A stretch of DNA of 64,000 nucleotides from Planctomycetota bacterium (lineage in GTDB: Bacteria > Planctomycetota > Phycisphaerae > Sedimentisphaerales > Anaerobacaceae). The stretch spans positions 1,434 through 65,433 of the forward strand of contig JAMCWO010000191.1 in assembly GCA_023481165.1 (NCBI GenBank), in the 5' to 3' direction. Positions 34,700 through 42,175 of this stretch are shown here, one piece after another (positions within the stretch are counted from its first letter, which is position 1; the number at the start of each line of letters is the position of its first letter). The notes beneath the pieces are model-generated. The model saw only the letters and a program-made list of their open reading frames with translations. It was not told the origin of the DNA and did no database searches. The translations under genes and the position numbers were made by a program.

Positions 34700-34725
34700 C
34701 CCCAACGCATACTTCCGCGTTGGGG
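34700..34725. repeat. CCCCAACGC...GCGTTGGGG hairpin element (copy 2)
   Basis: CCCCAACGCatacttccGCGTTGGGG, 24 nt upstream of the sigma start codon. Confidence 0.7.
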
Positions 34726-34743
34726 ACCCCGGCTACTCCTTTA

Positions 34744-34770
34744 GACGAGCATCGTAGCGCTGGGGTTGAC
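34744..34770 (-). promoter_or_regulatory. candidate ECF-type autoregulated promoter
   Basis: The reverse strand reads GTCAAC-N17-CGTC, an AAC / CGT spacing like ECF promoters. It lies about 68 nt upstream of the sigma ATG. Confidence 0.25.
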
Positions 34771-34837
34771 AGCGATCAGGGCACAATCCGCAAGAACGGA
34801 ACTCGCGCTGCGAGAATCTCGCGGAACGAGCATAGGT

Positions 34838-34929
34838 CCCCTGCCTTCGCAGGGGCAGGCTCTATCAGTCCTATCCGTCCTATTCGTCTTATAGGACCCA
34901 TAGGACACATCGGACCGATAGGACCTATA
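34838..34929. repeat. stack of short palindromic repeats
   Basis: CCCCTGCcttcGCAGGGG hairpin (34838-34855), then two GTCCTAT units followed by three inverted ATAGGAC units (34868-34929). Confidence 0.6.
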
Positions 34930-34941
34930 TCGGCTTACGCC

Positions 34942-36519
34942 TCACTTCTTGTCCATTGCCCAGAATAGCGTGTTGATGAGCATTTTGCGAAATTGGGGGT
35001 TCGCGAAGTCGTCGGGATAGCCGAGCGAGGTGTAGAAGACCCGCGAGTTCCGGTAGCGGTTCGTCCAAGCGACAGGCTCGGGATCCTTGTCCGGGATCGT
35101 CCCGACCAGCAGCAGCGTGGCACTGGCCGCGAGGGGGCTCGCCCGATAAAGCGACTCCTTGCTCAGCAGGGGCAGCTCGACTCCCTTGAGAATCGGATGG
35201 CTGGTGGCCCCGGCAGCCGGCGTGACCGTCAGCGTCGGGCCGGCGGGGTAGTGGTTGTGATAGTTGCCGCCCAGCACTTCGGGGTCGAACTTGCGCCACT
35301 CCTCGTGCCCTTCCTTCGGGCCGGTGCCCTTGGCATCGAAGGCATGACTGGCGGTCCGCAGGCCGATCAGCGGGCCGCCGCGGTCCAGATAGTCATGAAG
35401 ATACTTCATCTGATCGATGGGTAGCGCGCGGCGGCGGGCAAAGACCACGACGAGGTCGGCCTGGGTCAGGATCTCCATGCCGCTGATGTAGTGCAGATCT
35501 TTGCTTTTTGCATCCGTGGCGCCTTGGACGATCTCGCAGCGCAGGCCGTGACGAAGCTGGAGTTCATGCGCGAAGGCGGGCAAGGTATCCGCCGCATCGT
35601 ACTCATTCTCCGCCGAGAGGAAAACGACAAAGGGGCGTTTGTCCTCCTTGAACCTGAACGGCGGCTTGCCGGTGAAGACGGTGGATACGATGCTCGGGCA
35701 GACGTACTTCTCCGTGTGCTCGACGATCAGGTCGGTGCCCGTGAAGTGATTCACCCGCGGCGGCTGGCGGGAATTGTACATCGTGTCGGTCAGGTCGCGC
35801 ATCAGGACCACATTCTTGCCCGCCTTCGCCAGGTTGCGAAGGCCGAAGGGCCGGCCAAGCACGCACATGTTCGCGTGAACGCCCATCAGGATCACGTTCT
35901 TGATGCCCCGCGCTTCCAGCAGATTCCAGACCTCGGCTCCCGAATCGCTGATCGCGTCCTGGTCCCTGATCTCGATGCTCGCGATCTGGCTGGTCCAGGG
36001 CGAGCCCTGCTGGCACTGGGGCTGGCAATCGCAGCCGCCGTCGGAATGGTCAATGGGATAGCCGACCTTCTCCTCCGTCGCGTCCTTCCACTTGCACCAC
36101 GAATTGATCCCCTCGGGCAGGTTGGCCGCCTTGGGCGCGTTCATCGCCGCCTGGCGAGCGGGATGGTCCTTGTAATGGTTGATGGTGCCACTGGGCGAGT
36201 GAACGATCAGCACGCCCTTGTCCCGGGCCAGGGAAACGACCTGGTTCATCACCGGCGCCAGCTCCGCCACGCGGTCCGTCGCCCCTTTGCACCAATGCCG
36301 GTTCCACATGTCACAGATGACGATAGCCGTTTCCGAGGGGTTCCACTGCTGCTTCGCGCAGACAATATGGAACTTGTCCGGCGCAGCGGCAGCCGCGACC
36401 CGCTTGCGGAGGTCCACCTTCAGCGTGTCCCCGGCCCCGGCATTGGCGGCCGCCACGCCACAGATCAGTGCGGCGACCAGAAGCTGCATACTTCGGATTG
36501 AATCAGGCGCGGACTTCAT
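34942..36519 (-). CDS. secreted fusion protein: isochorismatase-like (cysteine hydrolase) domain plus ThuA-like domain
   Basis: The ATG at 36519 follows GGAGAA, and the product has a signal peptide. The N-half has AIVICDMWNRHWC ... ILMGVHANMCVLGRPFG, an isochorismatase-family pattern. The C-half has VVFLSAENEYDA ... PVAWTNRYRNSRVFYTSLGY ... LINTLFWA, ThuA-like. Confidence 0.65.
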   Translation of the reverse strand: MKSAPDSIRSMQLLVAALICGVAAANAGAGDTLKVDLRKRVAAAAAPDKFHIVCAKQQWNPSETAIVICDMWNRHWCKGATDRVAELAPVMNQVVSLARDKGVLIVHSPSGTINHYKDHPARQAAMNAPKAANLPEGINSWCKWKDATEEKVGYPIDHSDGGCDCQPQCQQGSPWTSQIASIEIRDQDAISDSGAEVWNLLEARGIKNVILMGVHANMCVLGRPFGLRNLAKAGKNVVLMRDLTDTMYNSRQPPRVNHFTGTDLIVEHTEKYVCPSIVSTVFTGKPPFRFKEDKRPFVVFLSAENEYDAADTLPAFAHELQLRHGLRCEIVQGATDAKSKDLHYISGMEILTQADLVVVFARRRALPIDQMKYLHDYLDRGGPLIGLRTASHAFDAKGTGPKEGHEEWRKFDPEVLGGNYHNHYPAGPTLTVTPAAGATSHPILKGVELPLLSKESLYRASPLAASATLLLVGTIPDKDPEPVAWTNRYRNSRVFYTSLGYPDDFANPQFRKMLINTLFWAMDKK

Positions 36520-36557
36520 AGTAGTTCTCCGATTGTCACCCAGCATCCACCGTGCTG

Positions 36558-37331
36558 CTAAACGAGGGCGGTCCAGCCGCCATCGACGTAAAAGATCTGT
36601 CCCGTGATAAAGTCACCGGCCCGGGAGGCGAGCAGAATCGCCGTTCCCACCAGGTCCTCGGGGCGGCCCCAGCGGTTCAAAGGCGTCTTGGAGAGCACCC
36701 ATTGACTGAACTGGGCATCCGCCTGCAAGGGGGCGGTCAGGTCGGTCGCGATATATCCGGGCCCGATGGCATTGACATGGATCCCGTACTTGGCCCATTC
36801 GACCGCCAGGGTCCGGGTCAGGGCCAGCACGCCCATCTTGCTGCACGCATAGGCGGCAATGGTCGGCCGGGCCGCATGACACGCGAGGGAGCCGATATTG
36901 ATAATCCGGCCGGGCCGGCCCGCCTGCTTGCGCTGCCGGCAGAACGCCTGGCACAGCAGCAGGACCTCCGTCAGGTTGACATCCATCACCCGCTGGAAGC
37001 TTTCCAGGGACGCGTCCTCCGAAGGCTCCCGGACCGTCGTCCCGGCGCAGTTCACCAGAATGTCGACGCCGCCGGTCGCTCGGACGACTTCCTCGAAGAG
37101 CCGCCCAACGTGCTTCACCTCGGCGAGATCGGCGGGGAAGACCCACACCGTACGGCCCGTCTCGGTCTCGATCTGTTCCTTCGCCGCCTGGAGCTGGCCC
37201 TGAGTCCGGGCCACGAGGGCCACATCCGCCCCCTGCCGTGCCAAAGCCCGCGCGACAGCCAGACCGATCCCCCGCCCTGCCCCTGTCACCAAGGCCCTCT
37301 TGCCGTCCAGATCGAAAAGCCCATTCTCCAT
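36558..37331 (-). CDS. SDR-family oxidoreductase
   Basis: GKRALVTGAGRGIGLAVARAL (TGxxxGxG), NCAG and YACSKMGV (YxxxK). Confidence 0.85.
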   Translation of the reverse strand: MENGLFDLDGKRALVTGAGRGIGLAVARALARQGADVALVARTQGQLQAAKEQIETETGRTVWVFPADLAEVKHVGRLFEEVVRATGGVDILVNCAGTTVREPSEDASLESFQRVMDVNLTEVLLLCQAFCRQRKQAGRPGRIINIGSLACHAARPTIAAYACSKMGVLALTRTLAVEWAKYGIHVNAIGPGYIATDLTAPLQADAQFSQWVLSKTPLNRWGRPEDLVGTAILLASRAGDFITGQIFYVDGGWTALV

Positions 37332-37538
37332 GCGGCACAGTTAAGCAGAAAGGACCGGCGGTGACAAGCTCCAAGCGTACAATGTGGACCTTCAGGAGGC
37401 CTCCGCCCGAACATGGTTTTGTCCTTTACAGTAATGATTGGGGTTGGTAGCATAAGGCCGAGGCCAAGGGAGGGGGTTGTCCGTTGCGCTGGGTCGTCCG
37501 GGTACTTTGATAATGTCAGGAACACCAAGGACGTGAAC

Positions 37539-37817
37539 ATGGCAGGCAAAATCGTCATCGACATGGAGCGGTGCAAGGGCTGCGGCCTGTGCATCACGGT
37601 TTGCCCCAGGAAGAATATCGCGGTTTCAAGCGAATCGAATAAGAGCGGCTACTTCCCGGCCCAGGCGAAGAACGTCGGATGCACGGCATGCACCCAATGC
37701 GCCATCGTCTGCCCGGAGGGGAGCATCGAGGTTATTTTGGAAGAGCCGCAGAGGATGCGCATCGTCGCCACGGTGGCCAAAAAGGACACGCCGCACCTTG
37801 TCGAGGAAAAACGGTGA
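37539..37817 (+). CDS. 4Fe-4S dicluster ferredoxin (delta subunit of 2-oxoacid:ferredoxin oxidoreductase)
   Basis: CKGCGLCITVCP and CTACTQCAIVCP cluster motifs. ATG at 37539. It is the first gene of the OFOR operon. Confidence 0.8.
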   Translation: MAGKIVIDMERCKGCGLCITVCPRKNIAVSSESNKSGYFPAQAKNVGCTACTQCAIVCPEGSIEVILEEPQRMRIVATVAKKDTPHLVEEKR

Positions 37818-37821
37818 GCGG

Positions 37822-38142
37822 ATGGACCCGAAAGTCAAACGCCTGGTGGAGCAAGTAAAAGCATTCCTGCACGAGAGATACGGCGCAGGCATCAAACGGG
37901 TCATCCTCTACGGCTCGCACGCCCGCGGCGAAGCCACAGAAGACTCGGATGTGGATGTGCGGGTGCTGACCGATCCGTCCTTGAAGCCCTCCGAGGTCCG
38001 CAAGAGCCTGAGCGATCTCCTGTTCGATATGCTCATGAACGAAGGTGAGCTCGTTTCCGTCATCGTGATTCCCGAAGATTTTTTTGAGGACCATAACCTG
38101 CCGTTCATGCTGAATGTCAGGCAAGAGGGCGTAGCCGTTTGA
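37822..38142 (+). CDS. minimal nucleotidyltransferase (MNT) domain protein
   Basis: RVILYGSHARGEATEDSDVDVRVL matches the GSxxRGxxxxxSDxD NTase motif. The gene starts 5 nt after the ferredoxin stop. Confidence 0.75.
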   Translation: MDPKVKRLVEQVKAFLHERYGAGIKRVILYGSHARGEATEDSDVDVRVLTDPSLKPSEVRKSLSDLLFDMLMNEGELVSVIVIPEDFFEDHNLPFMLNVRQEGVAV

Positions 38143-38321
38143 ATGACACAGAGGGCCATATGGGAAGAGCGATCAATTATGCTTATGACACACGGCTTGT
38201 GGGGGACTATGGAGTGAGCCGTTCCGTTGCGCAGGAGGAGGCAGAGGACTTGCTGAACACCGCCCAGGATTTCGTCGGTAAAGTGAAAGATTATCTCGAT
38301 AAGTGGGCAGAGCAGAAGTGA
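38139..38321 (+). pseudogene. truncated HEPN-domain gene (C-terminal half only)
   Basis: The 60-aa ORF overlaps the MNT stop (ATGA). DTRLVGDYGVSRSVAQEEAEDLLNTAQDFVGKVKDYL resembles the last two helices of HEPN proteins. The N-terminal half is missing. Confidence 0.5.
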
Positions 38322-39388
38322 AAAACGCGACCGAACGGATTCTGATGTGTGGGAATGAGGCGATGGCGGAGGCAGCCATCCTGGCCGGCTGCGACGCCTA
38401 TTTCGGGTACCCGATCACGCCGCAGAACGAGATCAGCGCCTACATGGCCCAGCGAATGCCCGAGGAGGGCCGGGTCTTTATCCAGAGCGAGAGCGAGCTG
38501 GCGGCCATCAACATGGTCTTCGGGGCTTCCGCCACCGGGAAACGGGCGATGACCAGTTCCTCCAGTCCCGGCATCAGTCTGATGCAGGAGGGCATGAGCT
38601 ATCTGGCCGGGGCGGAACTGCCGGCAGTCGTGGTCAACGTCATGCGCGGCGGCCCGGGACTGGGAAATATCTCTCCCGCCCAGGGGGATTACTTCCAAGC
38701 CACGCGCGGCGGTGGGCACGGGGACTACAAGACGATCGTTCTGGGCCCCTCCAGCGTGCAGGAGATGGCGGATTGCATGGCTTTGGCCTTCGATCTGGCC
38801 GACCAGTATCGCATCACCGTGGAAATCCTGGCGGACGGCCTCCTCGGGCAGATGATGGAGCCGTTGACGTTGGAGCCCAAGCCGCGTCGCAAGCTGCCCT
38901 CGAAGGACTGGGCCCTGACCGGCCACAAGAGCGGTCAGCAGAACATCGTTCGCTCTCTGTGGCTTGGAGAAGGCGCCTTGGAGAGACACAACGAAAAACT
39001 ACAAGCCAAGTACCGGGAAATCCAGGAGAAAGAGGTCCTCTGCGAGGAGTACCGGCTTGATGGAGCCGAAATTGTTGTCGTCGCCTACGGGATCGTTGCA
39101 CGCATCGCCCGGGCGGCGGTCGACCAGGGCCGGGATGAGGGCATTCCTGTCGGCCTGATCCGGCCCATCACCTTATGGCCCTTCCCCTCCCAACAGATCA
39201 GCCGGGCCGCCGAGGAATTTCGTCTGTTTCTGACCGTGGAAATGAGCGCCGGTCAGATGCTGGAGGACGTCAGGCTGGCGGTGGCTGGCCAGGCGCCGGT
39301 ATTGTTCTATGGGCGGATGGGTGGCGGCATTCCGAGTGCGGATGAACTTCTGGACAAAATCCGGGAATTGACTTTAAGCAAGAGATGA
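38303..39388 (+). CDS. 2-oxoacid:ferredoxin oxidoreductase alpha subunit (VorB/KorA/PorA-like)
   Basis: GNEAMAEAAILAGCDAYFGYPITPQNEI ... QSESELAAINMVFGASATGKRAMTSSSSPG. The start is GTG at 38303 or GTG at 38318. The latter overlaps the HEPN stop. Confidence 0.85.
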   Translation: MGRAEVKNATERILMCGNEAMAEAAILAGCDAYFGYPITPQNEISAYMAQRMPEEGRVFIQSESELAAINMVFGASATGKRAMTSSSSPGISLMQEGMSYLAGAELPAVVVNVMRGGPGLGNISPAQGDYFQATRGGGHGDYKTIVLGPSSVQEMADCMALAFDLADQYRITVEILADGLLGQMMEPLTLEPKPRRKLPSKDWALTGHKSGQQNIVRSLWLGEGALERHNEKLQAKYREIQEKEVLCEEYRLDGAEIVVVAYGIVARIARAAVDQGRDEGIPVGLIRPITLWPFPSQQISRAAEEFRLFLTVEMSAGQMLEDVRLAVAGQAPVLFYGRMGGGIPSADELLDKIRELTLSKR

Positions 39389-40140
39389 GCATGAAGACGA
39401 TGTTCAGGCGAACGCCGGTCTTGAAGGATTGCCCGACGCATTACTGTCCGGGCTGCGGCCATGGGATTGCCCACCGGCTGCTGGCGGAAGTGATCGAGGA
39501 GCTGGGCATCCAGGACCGCACGATCGGCATCGCCCCGGTCGGCTGCGCTGTGCTGGCGTACAACTACATCGACGTCGATATGATCGAAGTGGCCCACGGG
39601 CGCGCGCCGGCGGTCGCCACCGGGATGAAACGCTGCAACCCCAACAAGATCATTTTCTCCTATCAAGGCGATGGGGACTTGGCGGCGATTGGCACGGCCG
39701 AGATCATTCACGCCGCCCACCGGGCGGAGCAGCTCACGGTGATCTTCATCAACAACGCCGTCTTCGGCATGACGGGCGGCCAGATGGCCCCCACCACGGT
39801 CCTCGGGCAGGTCACCGCGACCACACCCCGGGGCCGCCAATCGAACGGCCAGGGCTATCCCCTCCAGGTTTCCGAATTGCTGGCGATCTTGCCCGGGGCG
39901 GTGTACGTTGAACGATGTGCTCTGAGCAGCGTGCCGCGGATTCGGCAAACCAAGGCCGCCCTGAAGCACGCCTTCGAGCTGCAACTGCAGGGCGCTCCCG
40001 GGCTTTCGCTGGTCGAAATCCTCTCGCCCTGCCCGACCTACTGGCGGATGCCGCCCAGCGAGGCCATGCAATGGATCGAGGACCACATGAGCAAGGCCTT
40101 CCCCATCGGCTGCCTGAAAGATACAGGAAAGGACGATTGA
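39385..40140 (+). CDS. 2-oxoacid:ferredoxin oxidoreductase beta (TPP-binding) subunit
   Basis: HYCPGCGHGIAHRLL ... GDGDLAAIGTAE ... INNAVFGMTGGQ. The start overlaps the alpha stop (ATGA). Confidence 0.9.
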   Translation: MSMKTMFRRTPVLKDCPTHYCPGCGHGIAHRLLAEVIEELGIQDRTIGIAPVGCAVLAYNYIDVDMIEVAHGRAPAVATGMKRCNPNKIIFSYQGDGDLAAIGTAEIIHAAHRAEQLTVIFINNAVFGMTGGQMAPTTVLGQVTATTPRGRQSNGQGYPLQVSELLAILPGAVYVERCALSSVPRIRQTKAALKHAFELQLQGAPGLSLVEILSPCPTYWRMPPSEAMQWIEDHMSKAFPIGCLKDTGKDD

Positions 40141-40694
40141 TGTCGCTTTACGAGGAACTCGTGATCGCCGGCTTCGGCGGCCAGGGGATCGTCCTGGCGG
40201 GCAAGCTCCTGGCCCAGACGGCCATGCGGGCCGGCCTGGAAGTGACTTATATGCCGTCCTACGGCGCCGAGGTTCGCGGCGGGACCGCCAATTGCATGGT
40301 GATCGTGTCGAGCCAGCCGATTGCCTGCCCGGTCGTCAGCGCGCCGAATTCACTGGTGATCTGCAACAAAGCGTCCCTGAGCAAGTTCGCCCCGCGTCTC
40401 AAGTGCGGGGGCCTGCTGATCTTCAACAGATCTCTCATTCAAGGCGTGGATTGTGCCCCGGACGGCGTGGAGGTCATCGGGGTGCCGGCGGAAGAAATCG
40501 CCATCGAATCCGGCAGTCCGAAATGCGCCAACATGGTCATGCTCGGCGCTTACCTGGGCAAACGAGGCCACCTCAGTCCCCAGCAAGCGACCGAGGCTCT
40601 GCCCGACGTCCTGGCCGAGCGCCACCACAAGACCATCCCGATCAACGCCGAGGCCCTCCGCCGGGGCGCGGAGTGCGCCCTGTGCCACGCCTGA
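40140..40694 (+). CDS. 2-oxoacid:ferredoxin oxidoreductase gamma subunit
   Basis: MSLYEELVIAGFGGQGIVLAGKLLAQTAMRAGLEVTYMPSYGAEVRGGTANC. The ATG shares 1 nt with the beta stop. Confidence 0.85.
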   Translation: MSLYEELVIAGFGGQGIVLAGKLLAQTAMRAGLEVTYMPSYGAEVRGGTANCMVIVSSQPIACPVVSAPNSLVICNKASLSKFAPRLKCGGLLIFNRSLIQGVDCAPDGVEVIGVPAEEIAIESGSPKCANMVMLGAYLGKRGHLSPQQATEALPDVLAERHHKTIPINAEALRRGAECALCHA

Positions 40695-40706
40695 CAGCAC
40701 CGGAGC

Positions 40707-41951
40707 TTACGGCAAGAGCTGTGCCCCCGCGTCGCTCTGATTCGGGTCGGCCGGTAACGGCGCGGGTTCGAGACCGCCGAAGATGCCATAGTCGGAGCCG
40801 TCCTGGCCGTCGCTTTCCCAGGCCGCCAGGAAGAAGCCCGCGCCGGCCATCGCGACATCCGGATACCGCTGCGCCTCGGGTGTGTAGGTGTTCAGTTGAA
40901 ACTGCTCACTGATCGGCATGCCATCCCGGCCGAAATACCGAGCAGCGATCTCCGTGGCGGCGTTCGGGTCGCCCGTATCGTGCTCCCAGACAACGATGAA
41001 TTCGTTGGCATCATTGATGGCCGCCTGCGGCAATTGCTGAACGCCGGCACGGATCGTATTGACGATGAAGGGCTCGCCCCGGGGCACACCGTTCGGATCG
41101 TAGCGACGGGCGTACACATCGTCCTCGCCGGCCCGCGCCGGGTGCCCGTCCCAGGCGACGACGAAATACCCGCGCGCGTTCATCGCGATCGACGGCCGCG
41201 TGACGGAAGAAATACCGGTCGTGTTCACTTCCCGCGGATCCATGAGAGGCACGCCGGCGGCATCGAACAGGCGCGCGACGATGGGATGACTGGTGCGGTC
41301 CCGCATCCACGTTACGGCGAAGCGCCCGGTCCCGTCCATGGCGACCTCTGGGTAGCGGCAATCGTACACCTCCGTGTCCACGGGGACCGGGCCGCCCAGA
41401 CGGGAACCGTTCGGATCGAAACGCTGCACCAGGACCACGACTCTCTGGCCTTGGGCTGTCGTCTCCCGGCTCTCCCAAGCCACGGCCAGCGTGCCGGTGC
41501 CGGCCGCCGCGACGCTCGGATAGAGCTGCCGGCCGGCCGTATCCAGATTGACCGGCAACTCCTGCGTGGCAGCGCTGCCGTTCGGCCAGAACAACCGCAG
41601 AAAGATGTCCTCCTGCTCGACGCCGGGCCCCTGCCAGACAACCGCGAAGCGGCCCAGGGAGTCCATCGCCACCGCCGGTTCCGTCTGGTTGCCCTGGGTC
41701 GTCACGTTCACCAGGAATTCGCCGCCGGCAAAGCCGCCTGCGGCATCCAGCCGACGGGCGAAGATGTCATTGGACCGCCCGGAGGAGGTGTAGTAACTGC
41801 TCCAGACGATCACCGAGCTTCCGTTCGTGCTGGAGGCCGCGGCTGCATTGGCCTGCGCCTCGCTGGTCCGGTCATTGACCTGCACCTCCGCCGTCCCGGG
41901 GAATGCCTGGGCCGTGACAGCCATCAGGGCCATGAGATATACGCTGGGCAT
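40707..41951 (-). CDS. secreted protein built of seven ~55-aa repeats (putative 7-bladed beta-propeller)
   Basis: Signal peptide MPSVYLMALMAVTAQA. There are seven units of the pattern (F/P)xVN..T.G.Q..P.VAM...G.F.V.W.....D...DI(F/Y)ARR(F/Y)D..G. Confidence 0.65.
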   Translation of the reverse strand: MPSVYLMALMAVTAQAFPGTAEVQVNDRTSEAQANAAAASSTNGSSVIVWSSYYTSSGRSNDIFARRLDAAGGFAGGEFLVNVTTQGNQTEPAVAMDSLGRFAVVWQGPGVEQEDIFLRLFWPNGSAATQELPVNLDTAGRQLYPSVAAAGTGTLAVAWESRETTAQGQRVVVLVQRFDPNGSRLGGPVPVDTEVYDCRYPEVAMDGTGRFAVTWMRDRTSHPIVARLFDAAGVPLMDPREVNTTGISSVTRPSIAMNARGYFVVAWDGHPARAGEDDVYARRYDPNGVPRGEPFIVNTIRAGVQQLPQAAINDANEFIVVWEHDTGDPNAATEIAARYFGRDGMPISEQFQLNTYTPEAQRYPDVAMAGAGFFLAAWESDGQDGSDYGIFGGLEPAPLPADPNQSDAGAQLLP

Positions 41952-42175
41952 GGGTGTCCCCTCCTTTCCTCATCTATTCGCGCCGATCCAATCCAACCTG
42001 AACACTTCGTCCGCCGTGTTCGTCTCATTGTCGCAGCAAAGCAGACGCTGCCGACGGGGTCATCCCGCCTGATCGACATGTCATTATAGGTCGGAGCCGT
42101 CTCCCGTCCAGAACAAACCGGGCAAAATTGCGGAAGGGCAGCCGCGGAAGAAAAGGCCGCGAGAGTCCCGCTGAC

